DNA of 32,000 bases, from the NCBI GenBank assembly GCA_030604855.1, contig JAUVVC010000010.1:1-32000 (forward strand). The letters run 5' to 3'. The notes under the pieces were generated by a model. It was not told the origin of the DNA and searched no databases. It saw nothing but the letters and a program-made list of their open reading frames with translations. This DNA comes from Erysipelotrichaceae bacterium (lineage in GTDB: Bacteria; Bacillota_I; Bacilli_A; Erysipelotrichales; Erysipelotrichaceae). The position numbers and the translations under genes are program-made. Every line of letters starts with the position of its first letter. Position 1 is the stretch's first letter. Shown piece after piece: positions 17,814-26,658 of the stretch.

Positions 17814-17830
17814 AAATAAATGTTTGGGAG

Positions 17831-18166
17831 GTGTTCAAATTGGAAGGCAAGATTAAAGCGATCATAAAAGCAGATTTAGAAGCACAAGCCAAGGTGAGAG
17901 AAGCTGAAATTAAAATTCAGAATGCAATCATGGCAATCACTAAGGATAAGGATGCTGTTCATAAAGAGGTTTTTGATCGTGCCCAGAAATTTGTCGCAGA
18001 CGAACGCAAAAAGCTGTTGGACCAACTCGCTCAAAGTGAGAAGGAAGGCCAACAACATTTTACGCAAGCCTTGCATGATTTAGAAGAACGTTTCAGTACA
18101 AATCAATCAAAGTGGTTGGAAGAGCTCTATCAACGTTCGATACGGTTCGAGGCCGATAATGAGTGA
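17831..18166 (+). CDS. Small coiled-coil protein, likely a V/A-ATPase peripheral-stalk subunit (G/H-like)
   Basis: 111 aa, highly charged and predicted all-helical ('EAQAKVREAEIKIQ...ERKKLLDQLAQSEKEGQQ'). First gene of the operon, with an 8-nt overlap with the subunit C gene. No ATG start is available: either GTG 17831, or more likely TTG 17840 with the SD 'gggagg' (17826-17831). Confidence 0.55.
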   Translation: MFKLEGKIKAIIKADLEAQAKVREAEIKIQNAIMAITKDKDAVHKEVFDRAQKFVADERKKLLDQLAQSEKEGQQHFTQALHDLEERFSTNQSKWLEELYQRSIRFEADNE

Positions 18167-19196
18167 TCAATCGACCTTAGCCATGGCCGCCAAAGCGAAG
18201 GCCATGTATGGGAAACATTTAAAATCAGAAGATTACATAGAACTCTTACGTAAAAGAACGGTTCAAGAGATTGCAGGATATCTGAAGAACGAAACTGCTT
18301 TCAAGGAGATCCTCGCAGGCATCAATGAATTTGCGATCCATCGTGGACACTTGGAAATGTTGGTTCGTCAAACCTTCTTTCTCGACTTCTTGGAATTGAT
18401 TCGTTACAGTCAATCCAAGAACGATCACTTTTACGAATACGGTGTTCTCATGATGGAAATCAAGCAGATCTTGATGACGATTCGTTTACTCAGTGAAACG
18501 GACAAGACAAGTCAGATCGCACAACTTCCCATCTTTGCGAATCGATTGATTTCTTTTGACGTTGAAGCACTGATCAAAGTAAACACATACGATGAACTCT
18601 TGAATGTCATCAAGAACACGCCTTATTATCAGATCTTGAAACCATTGAAGCCTAAGAGTTTGATCGACATTGATTACTCTAGTTATGAAATCGCACTAAA
18701 GGCTTATTATTACAAACGAGTGTATGAAATCATTGAACATGAGTTCAAAGGTAAAGATAAAGAAGATATTCGTGATATGTTTGACACCAAAGTTGAGTTG
18801 GACAACATTACAAAGATCTATCGTTTAAAGAAGTATTACAACGCGAGTCCGTTTGAAATCAAGAAAGTATTGAATCCTACCTATAAGCGGATCAATAAAA
18901 AGACGCTGATGGAATGGATCGATCAGAAAGATGCGCAACAGTTTCTACAAGCCATCCATGATCATGCGTATGATATCCCCACGGATATCAAAGAATTCCA
19001 ATATATTGAGTATCAGACCGATGTGATCATGTTTGAGTTGACGAAGCGACTGATGCGTTTCTCAACCAATCCAAACATCATCTTGGTTGCATATTTGAAC
19101 TTATTGGAAATTGAGGTTCAGAATATCATCGATATCATCGAGGGAGTTCGCTATAAAGTCGAGAACGACAAAATTGCGAAGCTCTTGATCTACTAG
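18159..19196 (+). CDS. ntpC: V-type ATPase subunit C (homologue of eukaryotic subunit d)
   Basis: 345 aa all-helical protein with the size and N-terminal pattern ('AKAKAMYGKHLKSEDYIELL...VQEIAGYLKNET') typical of bacterial V-ATPase subunit C. Operon context supports the call. Confidence 0.75.
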   Translation: MSDQSTLAMAAKAKAMYGKHLKSEDYIELLRKRTVQEIAGYLKNETAFKEILAGINEFAIHRGHLEMLVRQTFFLDFLELIRYSQSKNDHFYEYGVLMMEIKQILMTIRLLSETDKTSQIAQLPIFANRLISFDVEALIKVNTYDELLNVIKNTPYYQILKPLKPKSLIDIDYSSYEIALKAYYYKRVYEIIEHEFKGKDKEDIRDMFDTKVELDNITKIYRLKKYYNASPFEIKKVLNPTYKRINKKTLMEWIDQKDAQQFLQAIHDHAYDIPTDIKEFQYIEYQTDVIMFELTKRLMRFSTNPNIILVAYLNLLEIEVQNIIDIIEGVRYKVENDKIAKLLIY

Positions 19197-19204
19197 GAGG
19201 TCCT

Positions 19205-21037
19205 ATGGCAATTGAGAAGATGCGATTACTGCGTATGGCAGGGTCCAAAGAGAACATTGAAAAAATCTTGTTGACTGCTTTTGCGACCAACGATTTGCAT
19301 GCTGAGTTGGCAAGTCATGTCGTGAATGAAGGGAATGGCGGAAAGCTCATTCCAGAAGATAACAGTTTTGCCGAGTATCTCAAGCGGATCAACAGCATGG
19401 CACGAAGTTTAAATACGGAGATCATGTGTGCTTTTGATGGGGTTACAACCTTCACCAAAGATGAAATCGAGATGCATTTGATTGAAGCGGAAGAGAAGTT
19501 CGAGAAGATCAATGAACAACTCATGATGCGATCAAATCTAACTCCTGAGGATAAAGATGCGCTTGAGATCTTACGTTCGTATGATATCTCGGCATTGAAT
19601 GATCTAAAGTACTCCTATGTCACATTTGGTCGTTTACCGCTGAGTAGTATTCCTAAAGTCGATCTACATGAAGAGAAGAGTTTCATCTATCATGTGATGA
19701 CTAAAAACAATCAATACGCTTGGGTATTGATCATTGCTTTGTTGGATAAACAAAAAGAAGTGAATAATATCCTTGAATCTCTCTACTTTGAACCCATTGC
19801 AATTCCTAAGATCGATGATATCCAATATACGATTGATTGTGAATCGACCCTAGGTCAAATCTATGGCTATGTCTATCACTATGCGGAACTGGCTAAGTAT
19901 TATAAATATATGGCCATCTTCGATAATGAAGTGGTCATCACAGGTTTCGTTCCGGAACGTGTTAAGAAAGCCTATAAGACCTTGTTTGGTGATCTAACTG
20001 ATGTGGTGATCCAAGACTTCCCAGCAGAATCTGAGGAAGGCTTGCAGCCTCCAACGGTATTACGAAACAACTGGTTCGCTCGACCCTTCGAACTGTTCAT
20101 TGAAATGTATGGCTTACCCCATTATGGTGAGTTTGATCCAACCTTCTTTGTCTCCGTAACCTACAGTTTGCTCTTTGGCATCATGTTCGGTGACTTGGGA
20201 CAAGGCTTGGTGCTTGTGATACTTGGCCAGTTATTATGGGTCAAGAAAAAGATGAAATTGGGTGCGGTTGCGGTTCGTATTGGGTTGTTCTCCATGTTCT
20301 TTGGAACGCTGTTTGGATCCTTCTTCGGAGACGAAGAAATTCTGACACCTTTGTTCACTGAAATATTGGGCTTCAGTGAGAAACCAATCCATGTCATCGA
20401 TCCAAACTTCACGATGACCCTACTACTTACCGCTGTTGGCTTGGGTGCGTTCTTGATTCTGACCTCCATAGGTTTGAACATCATGATCAACTTCAAACGT
20501 AAAGATTACTCCACCGCACTGTTCACACAAAACGGTGTGGCAGGCTTCATCTTCTATGCTTCAGTGATTGGAATGGTTGCGGGTGAGATGCTTCTAGGCA
20601 TGAAGCTGATGAACATCGTTACATTGAGCATCTTCGTTTATTTCCCGTTGTTTATCATCTTGATGCATGTGCCACTCAAGAACCTGCTACATAAGCAAGC
20701 CCTCAAACCTCACGAAGGTTGGGGTGGATATCTGGTGGAAAGCATCTTTGAATTGTTGGAAGTCGTATTGAGCTTTGTCTCAAATACAATGTCATTCCTT
20801 CGTGTTGGTGGCTTCGTTCTCTCACATGCCGGGATGATGGTCGTTGTTATGACCTTAAAAGAAATGACAGGATCCGCAGGACTCTTGGTTCTGGTGATCG
20901 GTAATATCTTTGTCATCGGACTGGAAGGCTTGATCGTTGGTATTCAAACCTTGCGTCTGCAGTATTATGAAATGTTTAGTCGTTACTTTGCAGGTGGGGG
21001 TAAGAAATACATACCAACCACATTATTGAACCAGTAA
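19205..21037 (+). CDS. ntpI: V-type ATPase subunit I (stator a-subunit homologue)
   Basis: 610 aa with a soluble N-terminal half and a polytopic C-terminal half. Contains the conserved essential Arg in 'GIQTLRLQYYEMFSRYFAGGGKKYIP'. Confidence 0.88.
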   Translation: MAIEKMRLLRMAGSKENIEKILLTAFATNDLHAELASHVVNEGNGGKLIPEDNSFAEYLKRINSMARSLNTEIMCAFDGVTTFTKDEIEMHLIEAEEKFEKINEQLMMRSNLTPEDKDALEILRSYDISALNDLKYSYVTFGRLPLSSIPKVDLHEEKSFIYHVMTKNNQYAWVLIIALLDKQKEVNNILESLYFEPIAIPKIDDIQYTIDCESTLGQIYGYVYHYAELAKYYKYMAIFDNEVVITGFVPERVKKAYKTLFGDLTDVVIQDFPAESEEGLQPPTVLRNNWFARPFELFIEMYGLPHYGEFDPTFFVSVTYSLLFGIMFGDLGQGLVLVILGQLLWVKKKMKLGAVAVRIGLFSMFFGTLFGSFFGDEEILTPLFTEILGFSEKPIHVIDPNFTMTLLLTAVGLGAFLILTSIGLNIMINFKRKDYSTALFTQNGVAGFIFYASVIGMVAGEMLLGMKLMNIVTLSIFVYFPLFIILMHVPLKNLLHKQALKPHEGWGGYLVESIFELLEVVLSFVSNTMSFLRVGGFVLSHAGMMVVVMTLKEMTGSAGLLVLVIGNIFVIGLEGLIVGIQTLRLQYYEMFSRYFAGGGKKYIPTTLLNQ

Positions 21038-21052
21038 TCGGAGGAAAGAACT

Positions 21053-21499
21053 ATGTTAACGATGTTTGAAGTATTTGGACCCTTGTTGGTCATTGGATTG
21101 ATTTCTCTACCTATTATTCCTATCTTGAAAGGTAAGGTAAGCGCACAAAATGCTAAATTCCGTGTCTTGACACAAATCAGCTTGTTTGCGGCAACATTCA
21201 TCTTGGTTATGGTATTCCAAATCAATGGTTTGGTTGCACAAGCGGCTGAAGCAACTGCCACGACAAATGGCATGGCTGGATCTTTGGCTCAAGGTTTGGG
21301 CTTTATCGCAGCTGCGGTGGTTACATCGGCTTCGGCGATTGGGGCAGGTTTTGCGGTTGCAGCTGCGGCTCCTGCAGCGATCGGTGCAATCAGTGAGAAC
21401 TCGGATAACTTTGGTAAAGCGATGATTTTCGTTGCTTTGGCTGAAGGGGTTGCCATCTACGGTCTATTGATCTCCATCTTGATTATCAACAAATTGTAA
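21053..21499 (+). CDS. ntpK: V-type ATPase proteolipid subunit K (c-ring), atypical architecture
   Basis: 148 aa. The C-terminal part 'AIGAGFAVAAAAPAAIGAISENSDNFGKAMIFVALAEGVAIYGLLISILI' is a single A/V-type c hairpin with the carboxylate Glu (codon 21443-21445). The N-terminal ~70 aa are two hydrophobic helices with no c-subunit similarity. The start is supported by the SD 'ggagga' (21041-21046). Confidence 0.8.
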   Translation: MLTMFEVFGPLLVIGLISLPIIPILKGKVSAQNAKFRVLTQISLFAATFILVMVFQINGLVAQAAEATATTNGMAGSLAQGLGFIAAAVVTSASAIGAGFAVAAAAPAAIGAISENSDNFGKAMIFVALAEGVAIYGLLISILIINKL

Positions 21500-21504
21500 A
21501 AACT

Positions 21505-21813
21505 ATGAAATTTTTTCTCATCAGCGATAACACAGATACCCAGATGGGTATGCGTTTGGCGGGCATCCAAGGGGTGATCGCGCATACGCGGGATGAAGTA
21601 CTAACAGAGCTCTACAAGATTATCCAAGACGAAAGTGTTGCGATTGTCTTGATCACGACCCTCTGTATTCAAACATGCCCGGAAGTCATCGCGGATATGA
21701 AACTAAAGCTTAGACGACCTTTGATTGTGGAGATTCCGGATCGTCATGGTTCCGCCAAGATTGGAGAGACCATCGATGCCTACATTTCTGAAGCAATCGG
21801 TATAAAACTGTGA
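21505..21813 (+). CDS. V-type ATPase subunit F
   Basis: 102 aa. 'MKFFLISDNTDTQMGMRLAGIQG...VAIVLIT' matches the subunit F family pattern ('I.GD.dt..GF.LaGi'). Confidence 0.8.
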   Translation: MKFFLISDNTDTQMGMRLAGIQGVIAHTRDEVLTELYKIIQDESVAIVLITTLCIQTCPEVIADMKLKLRRPLIVEIPDRHGSAKIGETIDAYISEAIGIKL

Positions 21814-21820
21814 GGATGAT

Positions 21821-22399
21821 ATGGAAAAATTAGCACAAAAATTAATGGATGACATTCAAAAACGAACTCACGAACAGCTTCAGATCCTAGAAGAGAATTT
21901 TCATACGCAACGTGAGTCGCAAATCAATCAATTTAATCAAGAAGCTGTTGAAGAGAGCAATCTATACATTGAACAAGAATTGGCGGAATTGAAGAGCAGC
22001 GTCATGCAAAGTGAGACACAATTGAAATGGAAGATTAAAAAGAATCTTTTCATTCGTCGTGAGGAGCTTGTGGAAGGTTTGTTTGATCAATTACGCGATA
22101 AATTATGCGCATATACAAAGACCGAAGCTTATTTGACACAATATCTCGCGTTTATTAAAGAGACGATTGCGAAGGAAGGCTTTGTGAATACGATTGTTTT
22201 GGTTAAAGCTGAAGATGTCGATGCGTTTAGCAAAGCATTGAAAGCGAGTAACTTAAGCGTCGTGGCTTCAGATCACATTGAAGTCGGTGGTGTGATCATT
22301 CAAGAGGCAGGCGGTAAAATGGCCATTGAGATGACCCTTGACCATCAGCTTAAAGTTCAGAAAGAATGGTTTTTTGCCCATTCTGACTTGCATTTTTAG
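21821..22399 (+). CDS. ntpE: V-type ATPase subunit E (peripheral stalk)
   Basis: 192 aa with a long charged N-terminal helix followed by a C-terminal globular domain ('GGVIIQEAGGKMAIEMTLD'). Operon position supports the call. Confidence 0.7.
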   Translation: MEKLAQKLMDDIQKRTHEQLQILEENFHTQRESQINQFNQEAVEESNLYIEQELAELKSSVMQSETQLKWKIKKNLFIRREELVEGLFDQLRDKLCAYTKTEAYLTQYLAFIKETIAKEGFVNTIVLVKAEDVDAFSKALKASNLSVVASDHIEVGGVIIQEAGGKMAIEMTLDHQLKVQKEWFFAHSDLHF

Positions 22400-22407
22400 G
22401 AGGACAT

Positions 22408-24159
22408 ATGGAAAAGGCACTTATATATTCAATTAATGGACCCGTTGTCCGCGTTAAAGATTACAGTGGTTTCAAAATGCTTGAAATGGTGTATGTCGGT
22501 GAGAAAAAGCTCTTGGGTGAAATCATCGGGATCGATGATCATTATACAACGATTCAAGTTTATGAAAGCACTACAGGTTTACGCGTCAATGAAGAAGTCT
22601 ATCATTCCGGTGCACCTCTATGTGCAAGCTTAGGGCCAGGCATCCTTGATAACATTTTTGATGGGATCCAACGTCCGCTTAAAGACATGGCAGCACTCAG
22701 TGGGATGTATGTAACCGAAGGTAAGGGAATTCCTGCCTTGGATCAGAAACGTCAATGGGAAATCACCTTTAAGGTGGCGTTGAATGATGAAGTCGAAGAA
22801 GGACAAATCTTTGCGACCTGCCCGGAAACCAGTTTGATCGAACATCGTTTTCTGGTTCCCTTAGGCGTCAAGGGTAAAGTCGTATCCATTCAGAAGGATG
22901 GAAAATATAATGTTCAAGACAACTTGATCTCTGTCTTGGATAAACACGGTAAGACACACAGTCTGACCATGGTTCAAGAATGGCCGATCCGTCAACCCCG
23001 TCCAGTTCTAGACCGTAAGACGATTCACATGCCATTGATCACTGGACAACGTGTCATCGATACTTTCTTCCCCATCGCAAAAGGTGGAGCTGCTGCGATT
23101 CCAGGTGGTTTCGGTGCAGGTAAGACCATGACTCAGCACCAACTTGCAAAATGGTGTGATGCGGATATCATCGTTTATGTCGGTTGCGGTGAACGTGGGA
23201 ATGAAATGACCCAAGTCTTGCATGAGTTTAAGGAGTTGTTGGATCCAAAATCACATAAGCCGTTAACAGACCGTACCGTGTTGATTGCCAACACTTCAAA
23301 CATGCCAGTAGCCGCCCGTGAAGCCAGTATCTATACGGGAATCACCATTGCGGAGTATTACCGTGACATGGGTTATCATGTGGCTTTGATGGCAGACAGT
23401 ACCTCACGTTGGGCTGAAGCGCTGCGTGAAATATCCGGTCGTTTGGAAGAAATGCCTGCTGAAGAAGGCTTCCCAGCTTATCTTCCATCCCGTATCGCAC
23501 AGTTCTATGAACGTGCGGGTTATGTGGATACCTTATCTGGGAATGAAGGTTCGGTTACCGTCATTGGGGCGGTATCGCCTCAAGGTGCGGATTTCTCGGA
23601 GCCAGTCACCCAAAATACAAAACGTTTCGTGCGCTCCTTCTGGGCTTTGGATAAATCCTTGGCTTATGCCCGTCACTTTCCAGCCATCAACTGGAACCAA
23701 AGTTACAGTGAATACATTGATGATTTGAAGCGTTGGTATGACGTAAATGTCGATCGTAAGTTCTTGACTTTGCGTAATGAGATGATGAACATTCTTCATG
23801 AAGAAACGCAATTGATGGAAATCGTAAAACTGATAGGGTCGGATGTGCTTCCAGAAGATCAGAAGTTGAGCTTGGAAATCGCACGTGTCATTCGTGTCGG
23901 TTATCTCCAACAAAACGCCTTCCATCCGGAGGATACATTCGTACCTTTTGAAAAGCAGTTGAAGATGTTACAACTGATTTCCTATACCAAGACCCAAGCT
24001 ACGCGTGTGGTCAGTACGCAACGCACGGTTCGTGCGATTGTGGAAACGGGTATTTTTGAGGATTTGATCAAGATCAAGTATGAGATTCCCAATAATAACT
24101 TGGATGCTTTGGATACCTATTATGAAATGATTGATCTAGCCATGGCTAGTATTCAGTAA
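22408..24159 (+). CDS. ntpA: V-type ATPase catalytic subunit A
   Basis: 583 aa with the P-loop '[17 protein letters not shown]', 'GCGERGNEM', '[30 protein letters not shown]', and the non-homologous insert region typical of A subunits. Confidence 0.95.
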   Translation: MEKALIYSINGPVVRVKDYSGFKMLEMVYVGEKKLLGEIIGIDDHYTTIQVYESTTGLRVNEEVYHSGAPLCASLGPGILDNIFDGIQRPLKDMAALSGMYVTEGKGIPALDQKRQWEITFKVALNDEVEEGQIFATCPETSLIEHRFLVPLGVKGKVVSIQKDGKYNVQDNLISVLDKHGKTHSLTMVQEWPIRQPRPVLDRKTIHMPLITGQRVIDTFFPIAKGGAAAIPGGFGAGKTMTQHQLAKWCDADIIVYVGCGERGNEMTQVLHEFKELLDPKSHKPLTDRTVLIANTSNMPVAAREASIYTGITIAEYYRDMGYHVALMADSTSRWAEALREISGRLEEMPAEEGFPAYLPSRIAQFYERAGYVDTLSGNEGSVTVIGAVSPQGADFSEPVTQNTKRFVRSFWALDKSLAYARHFPAINWNQSYSEYIDDLKRWYDVNVDRKFLTLRNEMMNILHEETQLMEIVKLIGSDVLPEDQKLSLEIARVIRVGYLQQNAFHPEDTFVPFEKQLKMLQLISYTKTQATRVVSTQRTVRAIVETGIFEDLIKIKYEIPNNNLDALDTYYEMIDLAMASIQ

Positions 24160-24169
24160 GGAGGCTAAG

Positions 24170-25609
24170 ATGAGTCGTCAATTTAAAGGATTGAAAGAAA
24201 TCAAAGGCCCACTCATCATCTTGGACGATGTTCAAGATGTCGCTTTCGAAGAAGTCGTCGAAATTGAGTTGGAAGATGGCAGTGTGCGTTCCGGTCGTGT
24301 CGTTGAAATCGAAGGTCAACGCGCGGTCATTCAGGTCTTTGAAGGCACAACGGGTCTTTCGAAAACAAATACAAAAACACGTTTGATGGGTCATCCCATG
24401 GAGATATCGGTTTCCAGGGAAATATTGGGTCGTATCTTCAATGGGGCAGGGACTGCCATTGATGGTTTGGGTAAGGTTTATGCCAAACAGCGCTTAGACA
24501 TCAATGGAAGTTCATTGAATCCGGTCATGCGTAAATATCCACGGGATTACATCAATACAGGGATTTCTGCAATCGATGGTTTGAACACCTTGATTCGTGG
24601 TCAGAAACTTCCCATCTTCTCCGGAAGTGGGATGAGCCACAACCAGTTGGCAGTTCAGATCGTACGTCAAGCGAACATCGCCTCGACGAAAGGTCAAGAC
24701 TTTGCCATCGTCTTTGCGGCAATGGGTGTCAAACATGACGTTGCGAATTTCTTCAAACGAAGTTTTGAGGAAACTGGTGTTATGGAGAAAGTCGTCATGT
24801 TTCTTAATCTATCCAACGATCCGATCATTGAGCGTATCTTGACACCTCGGTGTGCCTTGAGTGTTGCGGAATACCTAGCATTTGAAGAAGATATGCACGT
24901 CTTGGTCATCATGACAGACGTTACAGCTTATTGTGAGGCTTTGCGTGAATTCAGCAGCAGTAAGGAAGAGATTCCAGGACGTAAAGGGTATCCAGGTTAT
25001 CTCTATTCCGATTTGGCTTCATTGTATGAAAGAGCGGGTTTAGTTGAAGGTAAAGTGGGTTCTGTCACCCAGATCCCCATCCTAACCATTCCCAATGATG
25101 ACATCACCCATCCTGTATCGGACTTGACGGGTTATATCACCGAAGGTCAGATCGTTCTGGATCGAAATTTACACCAAACGAATATTTATCCTCCAATCGG
25201 AATCTTACCTTCCTTAAGCCGTCTGATGAAGGATGGCATCGGTGAAGGGTATACGCGTAAGGATCATGCGAGTTTGAGCACACAGCTCTTTGCGTGTTAT
25301 GCAAAAGTTCAAGATGCACGTGCTTTGGCATCGGTTATCGGTGAAGAAGAATTATCGAATACCGATCGTAAATTCATGGCCTTTGGTCGATATTTTGAAA
25401 AGTATTATGTTGGTCAAGGGTTCGAAACCAATCGCAGTATGGAAGATACCTTGAACTTGGGCTGGACATTATTATCACTTTTACCCAAATCAGAGCTTGA
25501 TCGTGTTTCTACGGAGATGATCAATGAATATCATCGACCTGAACAAGCCATCGCGCATTTCATGGTACTTGAATCCGGACAACTCGACGAAATCTTTAGA
25601 AAGGCATAG
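24170..25609 (+). CDS. ntpB: V-type ATPase subunit B
   Basis: 479 aa with '[18 protein letters not shown]', '[34 protein letters not shown]' and '[32 protein letters not shown]'. Confidence 0.95.
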   Translation: MSRQFKGLKEIKGPLIILDDVQDVAFEEVVEIELEDGSVRSGRVVEIEGQRAVIQVFEGTTGLSKTNTKTRLMGHPMEISVSREILGRIFNGAGTAIDGLGKVYAKQRLDINGSSLNPVMRKYPRDYINTGISAIDGLNTLIRGQKLPIFSGSGMSHNQLAVQIVRQANIASTKGQDFAIVFAAMGVKHDVANFFKRSFEETGVMEKVVMFLNLSNDPIIERILTPRCALSVAEYLAFEEDMHVLVIMTDVTAYCEALREFSSSKEEIPGRKGYPGYLYSDLASLYERAGLVEGKVGSVTQIPILTIPNDDITHPVSDLTGYITEGQIVLDRNLHQTNIYPPIGILPSLSRLMKDGIGEGYTRKDHASLSTQLFACYAKVQDARALASVIGEEELSNTDRKFMAFGRYFEKYYVGQGFETNRSMEDTLNLGWTLLSLLPKSELDRVSTEMINEYHRPEQAIAHFMVLESGQLDEIFRKA

Positions 25610-25611
25610 GC

Positions 25612-26232
25612 ATGGCAAATCTTAGACCGTCTCCCACAAAAGGTAACCTCATTCACAGTAAGAAGTCACTTGAACTCGCAAAATTAGGTTATGATCTCAT
25701 GGACCGTAAGCGAAATGTTTTAATACGCGAAATGATGAATCTGGTAGACAAGGTCAAGTATCTGCGTGACAACCTGACGGAAGCTTATGCGGAAGCGTAT
25801 GTCGCACTCCAACAAGCCAACATCTCCCTTGGAGTTGTCAGTGAGATTGCGAATGCGATCACCGTCGAAGAGGGCATCAAGATTGTTTATCGAAGTGTCA
25901 TGGGGGTTGAAATACCCATCGTCACCTTTGATGAGACGGATGTCGTTCTGGAGTATGGCTTTGAAGAATCCAACTCTCGTTTGGATGAGGCAACGATTAA
26001 ATACATAATTGCGAAGCGCTTGACGATTGTCTTGGCTGAGATTGATACTTCAATCTATCGCTTGGCACGTGCGATTCAAAAGACACAGAAACGAGCGAAT
26101 GCTTTGCGCAACATCGTCATTCCAAATCTCGAAAGTGACATCAAATACATCGCAGAATCCTTGGAAGAAAAGGAACGAGAAGGCTTCATTCGACTCAAAG
26201 TGATCAAAAATAAAAAAAATCAGTCAAATTGA
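25612..26232 (+). CDS. ntpD: V-type ATPase central-stalk subunit D
   Basis: 206 aa beginning 'PTKGNLIHSKKSLELAKLGYDLMDRKRNVLIREM', with a C-terminal 'KTQKRANALRNIVIPNLE' coiled coil. These are hallmarks of subunit D. Confidence 0.9.
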   Translation: MANLRPSPTKGNLIHSKKSLELAKLGYDLMDRKRNVLIREMMNLVDKVKYLRDNLTEAYAEAYVALQQANISLGVVSEIANAITVEEGIKIVYRSVMGVEIPIVTFDETDVVLEYGFEESNSRLDEATIKYIIAKRLTIVLAEIDTSIYRLARAIQKTQKRANALRNIVIPNLESDIKYIAESLEEKEREGFIRLKVIKNKKNQSN

Positions 26233-26243
26233 CTGTTTTTTTT
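26212..26243 (+). terminator. Terminator of the V-ATPase operon
   Basis: A-run, then cagtc (26221-26225), loop aaatt, gactg (26231-26235), then T8. The ntpD stop codon lies inside the hairpin. Confidence 0.6.
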
Positions 26244-26276
26244 AGGAACTTTTGAGGTGATTGCGTACAGTATAGT

Positions 26277-26609
26277 ATGAAAAAATTCACTTTCAAAGAG
26301 TTATGCATTTTAGCGAAGTTTCATCTTGACCATTATCGCAAAACGCAAAGGATTGAGAAACTCCAGGAATTCGGGTTCATGGTGAAGGAGACCAATGAAA
26401 AGAACCTTGAGAATGCCTATCGTTTCACAATTGATTGTGCATTGGGGAATCTCACAAGCGAGGAGAAACGGATCCTACATGCGGATTATATCGATCAGTT
26501 GGAGAAGAATTGGTGGATGGAATATTATTCGAGAACCAGTTATTACCGCATCAAGGAGGCGGCTCTAAGGCGCTTTATCAATTGTCTACACTTTGAAATA
26601 ATGGTATGA
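26277..26609 (+). CDS. Hypothetical small protein with a sigma-70 region-4 / ArpU-RinA-like C-terminal HTH
   Basis: 110 aa. 'LTSEEKRILHADYID......WWMEYYSRTSYYRIKEAALRRFINCL' resembles the 'LsxxEreiixxxY...S.stYYRxKxxAlxxF' pattern of region-4-only regulators. No SD lies within 5-12 nt of the ATG. Confidence 0.45.
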   Translation: MKKFTFKELCILAKFHLDHYRKTQRIEKLQEFGFMVKETNEKNLENAYRFTIDCALGNLTSEEKRILHADYIDQLEKNWWMEYYSRTSYYRIKEAALRRFINCLHFEIMV

Positions 26610-26658
26610 TATCCCTGTTAATTAGAATACTCTTTTAAGCCAACTAAGGAGGAAACAC

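Noticed and set aside
17521-26243. tRNA-Ser as an integration site, with the V-ATPase operon as a genomic island
   Set aside because: There is no integrase, no direct repeat of the tRNA 3' end downstream, and no obvious compositional break between the operon and its neighbours. The layout looks like an ordinary chromosomal arrangement.
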